Shown here one piece after another: positions 1 to 9,929 of a stretch of DNA of 64,000 bases. The notes under the pieces are model-generated. The model did not search any database and was not told the DNA's origin. It saw nothing but the letters and a program-made list of their open reading frames with translations. Every line of letters begins with the position of its first letter. Position 1 is the stretch's first letter. The stretch comes from Epithemia pelagica (taxonomy: Eukaryota; Protista; Bacillariophyta), in contig OX337231.1 of NCBI GenBank assembly GCA_946965045.2, positions 1,426,001 to 1,490,000 on the forward strand. The letters are read 5' to 3'. The translations under genes were made by a program, and so were the position numbers.

Positions 1-707
1 ACCGGAGAATCGGGGGATTTGAGTTTGGGTGCAATCTGTGATGTCTGAGTCCCGAATGATCCAACACGAGTCAGCCTCCGGGTCCTCAAAATGAGACGTC
101 GTGGTTGTTTGGGGGTTTCAACAACGTGGATCAATCCAAAACAGGCTCACGAGGATCGACAATGAGGCTCTCACCAGTCAATTGCGGCGGAAGAGACCAC
201 ACGAGAGATCAACAGCAACAATTCAACGCATCAAAAGTCTAGACTTTGTTTCGTTTGCAACTTCAGGAACGCAATCGGTGTGGTTTGATACCTTTATTTT
301 TTTATGGAACAAATTAACACGCAACAAGATGATGCGAGAAAGCAAGTGAAAAAGACGCGACGAGAGTCCAGCTGTTGGACGTGTCGCAGATCTCGGAGTG
401 CATGCGCACTTGAAGTAAATCATTCGCATCTTGGGCGATTTTTCACTATACATTGAAAAGTAGAACAAAGATTTATTGGCACAGCGATCATATTGTACAC
501 AATAACGTATAGTGAATGGATAGTATGAAGCAGGAAGTACTTGAGCCTTAACACTAATCGACGTTGCTGTCGTCACCATTTTTCTGACATCTGGGTGACG
601 TCGGCATGGAAAATGGAAAATGGAAAATCGAGTTGACCTCTTTCGTCTTTATGACACAATCTATCTACCATCTACCATAGAAGCCACACCTTCAGGCAAT
701 CAACACA

Positions 708-1358
708 ATGCGTATCGCAGGTTTTACCGCTGTCGCCTTGTCCTTGGGATATGCTGCGGCATTTTCCGTCCCATCCCCGGCATCAAGCTCCAAGAATGCC
801 GCGTCCGCTCTCCAAATGGGATTGTTTGACGGTTTCCTTGGACAAGGATCCGGCAAAGATCAATTGGACGAACAATGGGAAGCCCAGCAAGAGATCCTGA
901 AAACCCGACGCAAACCACGTGAAGAGCGAGATGCATACTTCCGTAAGGTTCAAGAACAGCGTATGGATGCATCGCAGAAACAGAAGGACATGTGGTCATG
1001 GCAAACCAAAAAGTATGGCAAGGGTGAAGATCCAATCAACGAATGGCGCAAACAGCGTGAAAAGGGAACCATCTCGGACCTGGACAACCAATACGGAGAC
1101 CCGAAGAAAGTTGGAGGTATTCCTCTTCCAATGGCGTCTTTTGGTGTCGGCGGAGAGTTTGGCGTTGGTGGAAAATTTGACAATGGAGGACGATTTGATC
1201 TTCGTTTGCCGTATGCGGAACAAGGATATGTTGACGATGATGCTGACGTAATGGGGAAAATGGCTTCGTTCTTTGGTGGAAACAAGAAGAAAGAGAACAA
1301 ACCTGCTCCCACAGAGGAGAAAGAACCAGAGAAGAAGAAAGGGGGCTGGCCCTGGTAA
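708..1358 (+). CDS. Plastid-targeted protein of unknown function (216 aa)
   Basis: Single ORF with hydrophobic signal peptide ending AAA-F, a Ser/Ala-rich transit peptide (…SALQM), then a charged Gly-rich mature part. Confidence 0.75.
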   Translation: MRIAGFTAVALSLGYAAAFSVPSPASSSKNAASALQMGLFDGFLGQGSGKDQLDEQWEAQQEILKTRRKPREERDAYFRKVQEQRMDASQKQKDMWSWQTKKYGKGEDPINEWRKQREKGTISDLDNQYGDPKKVGGIPLPMASFGVGGEFGVGGKFDNGGRFDLRLPYAEQGYVDDDADVMGKMASFFGGNKKKENKPAPTEEKEPEKKKGGWPW

Positions 1359-1412
1359 ATAAATTTTGACTGGGCTCCCAATTGGAAAGATGCGTTGGTG
1401 ACGGGGCAGCTA

Positions 1413-2633
1413 TCACCGTTTCCGTTTGCTTCTGGTCTGCCTCTCGTTTTTTGTAGAATCTGAGGGTATTTCTGCGGTTGATCGCTTCCGGCTCTTGGTA
1501 TTCGCTGGTTGATCAGAAGGTTTAGCACTAGACGAAGACGATGATTTGGTTTTCCAGTTTTTGTCCCGATCAAATACTAGCGTGGTATCGTCCGAGTCTT
1601 TTTCCACAAAACGGTATCCTTCGTCCTGGAAATCTCGAACTTGTTGTAAGGTCGTCGCTTGAATGCGGGCTATATAGCGTGTCATGAGTCCCCTCGCTCG
1701 TTTGGCATAAATGGTGACAACGCGGCCTTGTTCCTGGAAAATGACTTTGACAAAGGTTGCCGGAGCACCTGAGTTGGAAGGTAAAAATTGAGTGGAATCG
1801 ACAGCAGACGAGTATTCATCACTTGCCAGATTCAATAGTATACCCTTTGTGACGGATCCTTGTCCCGGGGACACGCATGTGTCAGGCTCTGCCAATTCTT
1901 CCAGTAGCTGATTCGTCACTGGCGTTCTCCAATATTCGGCAAGTTTGGTCGGTTCTTGTCCTTTCGCTAATGCCTTGGACTTGCTCTTTGTTTCATCTTT
2001 TCCATCCTTGTCAGCAAGCAAACGGAGACCTTTTGTTCCCATTTCGAGACGGTAGGGTTGGATCACATCCAAAGGACGAAGCAATCCGTAAACAGGATCG
2101 ACAATACGGAGACTCTTTTGTAGCCACTCAAACTCATCCGAATTGCAGGTCGACGCTTGCAAACCCTGATACGCTGCACCGGAAAAGCAGAGGATACATG
2201 GTTTTGCATCTTCTTCGTCTGGATCGCCATCCTCTTGGGAAGTTTTCTCCTGTGCTCCATGTTCTCCATAGTAGTCCAGATCAAATTCGTCCCAATAGGC
2301 CTTTGATTTCGATCCCAGGGCTTTGGAGATTCCCAGTAGCTTCATGAGCTCACTTTCTGTCTTGTTCTTCATGGTACGTGCAATGGTCCGTGTTTTGGAT
2401 GCATGACGACACGACAGGGGTTGGGTCGGTGTCTTGTGTGGCAACGACTTGGCCTGCGTGGTGCCAAGAGGCGACAAATCCATTGTTTTGGCCGGGGACA
2501 AAATCATCATAATCTTGCACTTCTCCTCCTCATTCTCGGCATTACTGCTGCTGCGGTCGGCCACAGATTCTCCGGAATCCTCCTCCTTGTGGCTGCGATC
2601 CTTCAATGGGACTTTGCGCCGACGAAACGACAT
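1413..2633 (-). CDS. yaaA: Peroxide-stress protein YaaA (UPF0246/DUF328)
   Basis: Family motifs ILSPAKTMD, FSGAAYQGL, YGLLRPLDVIQPYRLEMGTK, LNLASDEYS, YAKRARGLMTRY. First ATG is at 2633; basic NLS-like tails at both ends. Confidence 0.9.
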   Translation of the reverse strand: MSFRRRKVPLKDRSHKEEDSGESVADRSSSNAENEEEKCKIMMILSPAKTMDLSPLGTTQAKSLPHKTPTQPLSCRHASKTRTIARTMKNKTESELMKLLGISKALGSKSKAYWDEFDLDYYGEHGAQEKTSQEDGDPDEEDAKPCILCFSGAAYQGLQASTCNSDEFEWLQKSLRIVDPVYGLLRPLDVIQPYRLEMGTKGLRLLADKDGKDETKSKSKALAKGQEPTKLAEYWRTPVTNQLLEELAEPDTCVSPGQGSVTKGILLNLASDEYSSAVDSTQFLPSNSGAPATFVKVIFQEQGRVVTIYAKRARGLMTRYIARIQATTLQQVRDFQDEGYRFVEKDSDDTTLVFDRDKNWKTKSSSSSSAKPSDQPANTKSRKRSTAEIPSDSTKNERQTRSKRKR

Positions 2634-3043
2634 GATCAATGAGATCTTTGGTAAGGTTACGCCCCTTCAACCACGTAACGCGTACTCCTAGCATTACGCG
2701 GTAGAGGACGACTGAGTTTCGTAATGGGTAGACTACCTATGATAGGTGGCAGTACACTATAGATAGTCATAGAACCTCGACGATGAGCTCCTGCTTCCGA
2801 AGTGGAACGGATCGCTCGAAAATCTTTCCGTATCCTCGAAAACTTCCACCGGAAAGTCTTTGCGAGAAATGGTTTCGGTACGTAGTTGCAGTCATCTCAC
2901 AGCTGAAGGATTGGATTGAACTTGATTTAGTCTCCTACCAGCCTCTGGTTGTGACGGCTCTTTTTCGGCCGAACTCTCATCCCTTCCGCAGCACCGAACA
3001 AACGTGCTAACCCTGCAGCGAAGACACCCAAGAAGATCCAACA

Positions 3044-4590
3044 ATGGCGGACAAGAATCAATCCCCAGCGCAGATTGGGTCCAAACGAAACATTGAGGGT
3101 CTTGCGGCTCCTTCTCCGCGGACATTTTCGTCTCGTGGACGTCGTTTTCTGGACGCAATCCTGGTGGAACCGCAGTCGTTAGCGGCGACGCATCCTGAGC
3201 TGTGCTTCCTATTCCGAAGGATTCCCCATCCGGCGATCGGGGACACCACGGTCGATATCATCATTCGCGAAGCGGATTGGAATTTTTGGAAGGCATGCAT
3301 TGCCGAGTTGGAGGATCCCGACCCCCAGAAAATACGCAAGCGCGTGGCGGTGATCGGGTCCCCGGGGGTCGGCAAGTCAACGACGGCTCTCTTTCTCATC
3401 CGACGCCTCTTGGAGATGACGAAAACTGTCGTTTATAGAATGAAAGGAACTGCCGGGAATTATGTCATATTCAACCCTCATAATGGTAGTAACTCGCCGG
3501 TGGTGACAGAGGTACCAGGAGCCACGCCCGAGACAGGGATTCCTCCTCTCAAGAACAGGGAGACGTACTTCATTATCGACCCTGGCGTCACAACAACAAA
3601 CTGCAACCCAGATCCAAATGTCAAGGCCAAAGTTCTGATCGTTGCGTCACCTGATGAGCGTCATTGGGGTGGGAACACATTCCCTAAAGACCAGCCAGGT
3701 TGGCCGGGAGGTTTGTACTGGTATTTTCCACCCTGGTCTCTGTAAGAGCTACAGTCAGCAGGAAGCCTACTGTTGCCCCCCATCGCATCTGATCAGATTC
3801 AGCACATGTTTTCTATTTTCGGAGGAATCCCTAGACAGGTTTTCAGGCCGGCATATTCCAAACAGAATAGCAAAGTACTTAAAACGAAGGTCGAAGCTCT
3901 GTCGGAGACGCACGCAAGAAACCTTGTCTCGGGCCGCTTCAACGTTCACGCAAATTTTGGAGCAGATCAAACGCACGGTGGCATAGCAATTTTCACACCG
4001 ACTGATGATTATGAAGATTTTGTTGTATCCCTCGCGTCGGTCTCTGTTGGAAATTGGGTACGATCGTACTTTTGGGGCGCTATCTGGGCCGACCTCGCCT
4101 TGTATCTGACTCCTACTGCTTGGCAATTGCTTGAAAGCTACTCAATGGAGGCCATGATGAGGACCAACCAATACACTGCACGCCATTGTGTGGGCAAATC
4201 AGACAAACTCTATGTGCAGACCTTTGCACTGGAGTTTGGAGGTTGTACTTCAAAATCATTTCAATATGAGTGTTCGCCAGCTGTGAAGGATGGCAGCGAC
4301 AATGTGCTATTTTTCTCCTCGAATCGACAGCATCGCTGTACGACATGATCTTCAAGAGAGATTCAACATTTTACGCCATCCAAGTGACAATTGGTCGAAA
4401 CCACGATGCCACGCAGGCACAAATTGAAGAGCTCGCACAACTACTGCAGATCGGACACGGTGGACGAGAGCTGAAACTCATTTATGCCGTGCACGAAGCC
4501 CTATTTGACGGGTTTGCGACTAATATAGTGCAGCCAAAGAGTCCACCTGGGGTATCAATCTATCATTTGTCTTTGCGCCAAAGTCTATAG
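3044..4590 (+). pseudogene. Crinkler/RHS-type P-loop NTPase plus PD-(D/E)XK-like nuclease pseudogene
   Basis: Walker A VIGSPGVGKST. Conserved PPWSL[E]EL is broken by an in-frame TAA at 3743-3745, and the reading continues in the same frame (FGGIPR). A 1-nt deletion near 4334 splits H[P]LYDMIFK…YAIQVTIGRNH. Confidence 0.75.
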
Positions 4591-4799
4591 TGCACTTTAA
4601 TAAGCTGTTGGTGAAGTTACTACAACACGCATCACCAGGATGGTGTCTGTCAAGTCGCTCGGAGCAATCATACCGGTACCAGTACACACCGACACCGACA
4701 ATATTCAACCATCCGTTGTGGACTGGTTGGGCTGTTTTCGTCGCATGGTCGGGATATTCCTACTAAGGTCTACGTAAGTGAACTTCTTTACATGGCTAA

Positions 4800-5215
4800 A
4801 TCCCGTTACTGATCGATCCGAGGTCGCCCGAGCCGCATTCCATCACGTGGATTACGGAGTTCAATGAAGCGTCCGTCGAACTCGCTTTCAACAATGTGGA
4901 GGAGGAAGGGACGAAGGCGCACCCCCACATTGTGTACGTCAACCAATCATGTCCGGAACGCACCGTAAAGTTTGACGTTCAGCTGGTCCACGACATGGAG
5001 CATCCTTGTGCTCCAATGCTGGTCATCACATTCGATTGAAGGTTCCCCCGATGGACATCAACAAGTATACGATGACCGTCCCCTCCCCGATTTCCTTCAT
5101 GGCCACGTCCTCCTTTTCCAGACTCCCTGGACCGACTACTGGAAGGCAGATACCGATCATTGCTGCAGCGGCAAAATCAAGGACCATTGTGTTGACGACA
5201 AGCAATCGCAAATTG
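4800..5215 (+). pseudogene. Two unidentified protein-like fragments at the start of the mosaic
   Basis: Stop-free protein-like stretches PLLIDPRSPEPHSITWITEFNEA…VKFDVQLVHDMEH (about 4800-5000) and VYDDRPLPDFLHGHVLLFQTPWTDYWKAD (about 5020-5215), with no start context. Confidence 0.3.
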
Positions 5216-5216
5216 A

Positions 5217-5798
5217 GACGGGACGCTGGCCAACCTCTTGACAATTATGAGCCGGCACGAGGAGTTGCCACTGATTGGTTACATTCCCATGGGTTCAGGT
5301 AATGGAGTAGGATCTGTAGTGGGATGTGGTCAGTTTTCTTTCTTTCGACCGACGGCGGCGACGCGAGAAACAGTTTCTCGATGTACTAGAGGCCTTGCAC
5401 GAAATTGGTCATGCAACGAAGATCTCGACGACATTGATGTTGTGGACCTGCCCATGATACAAGTGACGTTGACGGAAATGACTTATGGTACACCCATGAA
5501 TGAGCTGTGTTTCTTTGCCGGCGTGGGCTTTGACTCGATGATGTTGGACGATTTTCGCCAGATCAAGGCGTGGTCGCGCCGAACCGGGGTCTTGAAGAAT
5601 ATCTTGTCGTCCGTGGCGGGTTATTGCGTCGCTCTCGTAGTTCGGACCCTGCCCCAAGCTGTGTTATGTGGACAGCATCTTGTGAAAGTAAAGGTCACAT
5701 CGAATGATTCCGAGTGCGTTTGGATCGATCATCGACGAGGAGATGTTATGAGAAAGTGTGGCAGTGGTACCCTATTTGAGGGCGTTACCGGTATCCTG
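5217..5798 (+). pseudogene. Internal fragment of a diacylglycerol kinase (DAGK/YegS)-family gene
   Basis: Begins mid-motif at DGTL (from GGDGT), contains GYIPMGSGNG and FFAGVGFDS, and ends abruptly at FEGVTGIL. Both termini are missing. Confidence 0.75.
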
Positions 5799-5829
5799 GA
5801 GATCCAGTGCTCAGGTCCGAGACGTATCA

Positions 5830-5975
5830 TGAGTCTGGCCTGTGGACAGATCCAAAGGCGCATACAGCGAGGGTCCATCGTCCTTGACAAGAAGTGGTTC
5901 GTAGTAGGTCTTGCGCCAAAAATCCTTCTTGGCAGGAGGTACCACTACAAGTTTATTGTCATCAGCCACACGCCC
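5830..5975 (-). pseudogene. N-terminal fragment of a DUF1349 (Ree1/ConA-like) protein
   Basis: Minus-strand translation KLVVVPPAKKDFWRKTYYEPLLVKDDGPSLY matches the DFWxxTyY motif of DUF1349; truncated shortly afterwards. Confidence 0.55.
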
Positions 5976-6124
5976 AGCTCCATCGCATCCCTCCCGGCCA
6001 CTGCCGGTGTCCCTCCAGCCATCAGATCGACAGCACCAATTGAGGAAGCCGAGGTTTCCTTGAAAGCCAAGAAATTAAAGTCTTCTCGGAACCTTCACTC
6101 ATGGTATCGCGAACTGGGGTGAAA

Positions 6125-6234
6125 TACATCGCCGGATTTGTCTTCGGCCAGGGTGCGCGTTTTACTCACCGCCAGCACGGCGATACGCACCGGCACAAAG
6201 TCGCGGGTTTCGTCTATGGCTCATTTCGTCTCCT
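6125..6234 (-). pseudogene. moaB: Bacterial moaB (Moco biosynthesis protein B) 5' fragment with Shine-Dalgarno site
   Basis: AGGAG at 6234-6230, 5-nt spacer, ATG at 6224, a frameshift, then IDETRDFVPVRIAVLAVSKTRTLAEDKSGD, which resembles the alphaproteobacterial MoaB N-terminus. Hand-counted GC is about 61% over 6121-6300. Confidence 0.75.
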
Positions 6235-6303
6235 GCAGTGCGGCCCTTCTTGGAGGCGGCACGAGTTGAGCGTCTCGCCCGAGACTGGGTGCGGCATTGA
6301 CAA

Positions 6304-6487
6304 TCTGGAAATAATCAAGCGGGTGGAAGACTTGAAAATGAGTGCAACTACGATTTTCCTCCAAGATGAAGAGAAAAGACCCATCGCTCGATCTGTTCTT
6401 CGAGAGATGCCCAACGGACACATCCGAGTTGAGGCAACCTTTGGGCTACCCAATTTTGGTAAAGAAAGTGACTCAGACCAACATTGA
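6304..6487 (+). pseudogene. Orphan 3' end of an unidentified gene
   Basis: LEIIKRVEDLKMSATTIFLQDEEKRPIARSVLREMPNGHIRVEATFGLP…stop, followed by AT-rich UTR-like DNA; no native 5' part. Confidence 0.35.
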
Positions 6488-6699
6488 CAAGAACGAGGAT
6501 TGAAAAGTATACATACGGATCCACTAAGTAATATTTAACGTTATGCTATGGTTAGGCATGAAAGTTCGAAGATAAACGGGTATCCTCGACAGAAGCGAAG
6601 ATACTATGTAATATTCTTGGCGGCAAAAGTGCTCTCCATGTGAACACTTTGTCGCGAAGAGGGATCATCACACTCCAGCAGGAGAGATCAAAAAGCAGG

Positions 6700-7797
6700 T
6701 CAATCATCGGCAACATCTAGTTCATCAGCTTGGTCATTTTCTTTCTTGTCCTTTTTCCATAGTTCAATTATGTCGCCATCCTTCATACCCAGTGCCAAAG
6801 GAGTATCTTCAGGAGAAATCACTTTACCATGAAACCTCATGCCTATGGAAGAAGATGGAATTTCGATTTGTGCGGCTGCACCTGCTAGGAGGGGCTTGAT
6901 TTTCTTGGCCTTCGCGAACAAGAAGACGTACTCTGTAGCAGATCCAGCCAAAATGGCTTTGATGGTTATTTTTTTAGGCGGTGTTCCCGGTTCTTCTTCT
7001 TGTTTCGCATTTTCAGGCGTAGTTCCACGTGTCTCTTCTGGTGTAACAGGGACCTCTTCTGTTTGGGAGTTTTGTTGCGGCGTAGCGGGTGCTTCTGTTT
7101 TGGGTTGACAACGAGCTTGAGTCGGCGAGATATGATTTAACCAGAGATCCTCGTCATACGCTTCTCCAAACTTTTCCTTTAATGCCGTTCGGGTGGCGTC
7201 ATCTCTCTGCTTTTGCTTGTTTTCATCTGCGTACAGCTCTAATTCTCGAGATCGACCGATGAAATGACCACAGAGAAAAAGGCAATCGTGAATATAATTT
7301 GTAGTGTCCAGAATGTGTTCTTGCCACATGCGGTCCACATCCACACTGCACGGATAAAATTTCTCTGTGATATCGCAATCATCATCCAAGTTCTCGGAAA
7401 CTTTGTCTTCTACAAGAGACAAGTACTGTCTGTATCCACTCAAAACACGTCTTGCGTAGGCCTCATTCCACTTGTATTTCTTCATACAGCTCATGACAAG
7501 TGGTGTGGCTCCTTGTCCTTTTCCATTCTTCAAGCAGCTGAAAAAACTGAGATCCACCATCCACCAAAAATCTCGAATCAGATACGGAGTGGTACGATGA
7601 GGCAATGAAATGTGTACACGATCGTCAGACCCGAGTTGATGATCTGCTGTTGTCGAAGAAAAGGGGTCCACCTGGATGATTGATCCCTCACTAGCATCTC
7701 CATTTGGGGTTCCAATCCGACGCCTTTTGTTCGAGTCCACCGAAACCACCGCTGCCTCGGGCTGCGGCTGGTCGTGAGAGATATCTCCCAATGACAT
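6700..7797 (-). CDS. GRDP-like (DUF1399-like) domain protein with C-terminal SUMO-like (Rad60-SLD) domain
   Basis: W…A…Y..YL.L…P..VD.MW.EH…T.NY..DC motif. The C-terminus MRFHGKVISPEDTPLALGMKDGDIIE is SUMO/ubiquitin-like. First ATG is at 7797. Confidence 0.7.
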   Translation of the reverse strand: MSLGDISHDQPQPEAAVVSVDSNKRRRIGTPNGDASEGSIIQVDPFSSTTADHQLGSDDRVHISLPHRTTPYLIRDFWWMVDLSFFSCLKNGKGQGATPLVMSCMKKYKWNEAYARRVLSGYRQYLSLVEDKVSENLDDDCDITEKFYPCSVDVDRMWQEHILDTTNYIHDCLFLCGHFIGRSRELELYADENKQKQRDDATRTALKEKFGEAYDEDLWLNHISPTQARCQPKTEAPATPQQNSQTEEVPVTPEETRGTTPENAKQEEEPGTPPKKITIKAILAGSATEYVFLFAKAKKIKPLLAGAAAQIEIPSSSIGMRFHGKVISPEDTPLALGMKDGDIIELWKKDKKENDQADELDVADD

Positions 7798-8303
7798 TTT
7801 GGTTGCTCCAACGTCCAATCTATGAGTTCCGAAAGCTCTTCCTGTACCCGTTTGTTCTCAAGGAGAATGCCGCTTTGTTGACAATGGAGGATGTCACTTG
7901 AATGAGCTGTCTGTGCAAACAGTGCGAACAGGATTTCAGATTTTTCCGCGTTGGGCGATCCAGGGAATCCAGAGTCGGCGATATGCTCCTAAGCGGTGAC
8001 GTCAAAAATAAATAGTAAAATCTTTCGGCAAGTTTTCATTCAAAAATGGGTATGGGACGCTCAGAGTGAATTGTAGTCCCCAAGCCCAAAGAGCCCATTT
8101 CGGCTCCAGCTCCAACTCCATCCCAGGGAGTGTCGCTGTTCCCAGTTCAGATCCCGGTGCAATACCATATCGCAGTCATATTGTCTATGCGCGGACAGAC
8201 GGCCGCACATAGATTATGTCACGACATGAATCTCCCACCATCGCCGCACAACCGCACACACGTCTGTATTGTGGTCGCAGTACAACTTTATTGGCGGGTC
8301 AAA

Positions 8304-9605
8304 ATGATGACAGTGCCCAAGATGAATCGGCTTCACCGCTTGTCCTTGCTATGCGCGGCAGTGATGCTTGTCGTCGTTGCAACCATGGTAGAGCCAATCC
8401 GTGCACAAGAGGAGGGGTCATCGATTCCTCCTCAAACTGGGGATAATACTGTAAAGTCGGAAGCCCCACCTGGCACTGCAAGCGACGACCAACAAGAAGA
8501 AACACCCCAAAGACCAAAGGAAGTGATTGAAGATAACTTTGATGCAAGCAATCGAAACTGGGGTTCCTATTACGACCCTAAAAATATTTTTTGTGGCGAG
8601 TATGACTGCTACAAGATTTTGGGATTCGACTATGATTCATTTGGCAAAAGCCCTCCCGACACCAAACTAATCACCAAACGCTACCGAAAGCTGTCGCGTG
8701 AATGGCATCCTGATAAATCCAAGCACAAAGATGCTAAGGAGCGATTTGTCAAGATTGCCCGTGCCTATGAAGTCCTGACAGATGTTGAAGTAAGGAAAGA
8801 GTATGACTCGATGAGGTTTAATCAAGAAGCCTACTTTGCCAAGTATGGAACATCCGTCTTGTGGTCCTACGCCCCTAAATCAGATCTTACCATGGTGGTC
8901 TTATTGATCTTCACGATAGCCAATATCGTTTCATGGTTTTCACAACAACATCGGTGGCAGATGGTGGCCAATCGTCTCATCAAGGCAGCTGTGGAGGACT
9001 GGACTACGGCACAAGGAGGAAGTCCCGAAAGTAAAGATTTAAGAGAGCGCGCTCTTTCTATCCTCTATGAGAAAAATGAGAAGAACGGAGATTCCAGCAA
9101 CGTCAACAACACGTCAACCGAATCGAACGCCAATAGCAAGAAATCGAAAAAGGAAAAGCAGAAAGGCTCCAAGAAAGTGTCTGGAAGGGAGAAAAAGAAA
9201 ATGGAAGAAGAAGCATTGTTCCCTGTAGTAAAAGCGTTGGTGAATGAAATGCATGACTTTGGGGGTGGTTTCCACAAGCCAACATGGCGTGATTTGCTGA
9301 TTGTAACCCTTGCGAAAGCTCCCTTTGGAATAACTGCTGCCGTTTTCTGGAACATGAAGTACTATATTCGACGACTCCAGAAACTGGAGCTTAATAAAGA
9401 AGAACGGCAGGTTTTGACGAAACGTGCAGTGGGTCCTGTGATTTGGGATACCAAGTCAGATGAGGAACGAGAGGAAATGATGAAACGAGACCTTTGGGTC
9501 CTCTCAAACTTGGCTGAATGGGAAGAAGAGCAAGAAGTCAAGAACCTGAGCTCTGCTGAACAAAAGCAGTACGCAAAACTGAAGAAGAAAGGTAAACTGG
9601 AGTAG
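8304..9605 (+). CDS. DNAJC25: ER-type J-domain co-chaperone, DNAJC25-like
   Basis: Signal peptide from ATG 8304; FCGEYDCYKILG…WHPDK J-domain followed by a transmembrane segment. Confidence 0.8.
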   Translation: MMTVPKMNRLHRLSLLCAAVMLVVVATMVEPIRAQEEGSSIPPQTGDNTVKSEAPPGTASDDQQEETPQRPKEVIEDNFDASNRNWGSYYDPKNIFCGEYDCYKILGFDYDSFGKSPPDTKLITKRYRKLSREWHPDKSKHKDAKERFVKIARAYEVLTDVEVRKEYDSMRFNQEAYFAKYGTSVLWSYAPKSDLTMVVLLIFTIANIVSWFSQQHRWQMVANRLIKAAVEDWTTAQGGSPESKDLRERALSILYEKNEKNGDSSNVNNTSTESNANSKKSKKEKQKGSKKVSGREKKKMEEEALFPVVKALVNEMHDFGGGFHKPTWRDLLIVTLAKAPFGITAAVFWNMKYYIRRLQKLELNKEERQVLTKRAVGPVIWDTKSDEEREEMMKRDLWVLSNLAEWEEEQEVKNLSSAEQKQYAKLKKKGKLE

Positions 9606-9929
9606 ATTCTCTTACCCTTTCGGTCAAGCAGGAGAGACTAAGTAATGGAAATGTTTAACGTAGGAGAAAATGTTGCAGTAACAAGGGAAACTTTCCTTAT
9701 CATTGTACGTTCCTTATCATGGCATCCCTACAAAATTCCCATTCATTTGCATTGGGCTCTTTAGTAATTTGGTGTTACGTCTATGACAAATGAAATCGTT
9801 GTTCTTTTGCTACGGCTACCTGCTGAGTGGTACAGCTTGCCCTCGTCGTGCCCATCACAGATCAGATCGCGGTATTTTCATCTTGTTTATGACAACGAAA
9901 GCCAGGGGACGCATTCATCTGCCACCGTG

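Noticed and set aside
3743-3745. Programmed stop-codon readthrough or recoding in the Crinkler-like gene
   Set aside because: The TAA sits where a Glu codon (GAA) is expected and an independent frameshift follows, so pseudogenisation or sequencing error is more parsimonious.
5238-6490. TTGACAA four times in the mosaic, and CATTGACAA at 6295 and 6482, as CRISPR-like repeats or a 9-bp TSD
   Set aside because: Two copies lie inside the coding frames of captured fragments, spacing is irregular, the 7-mer is common elsewhere in the window, and no TIRs lie inside the 9-bp pair.
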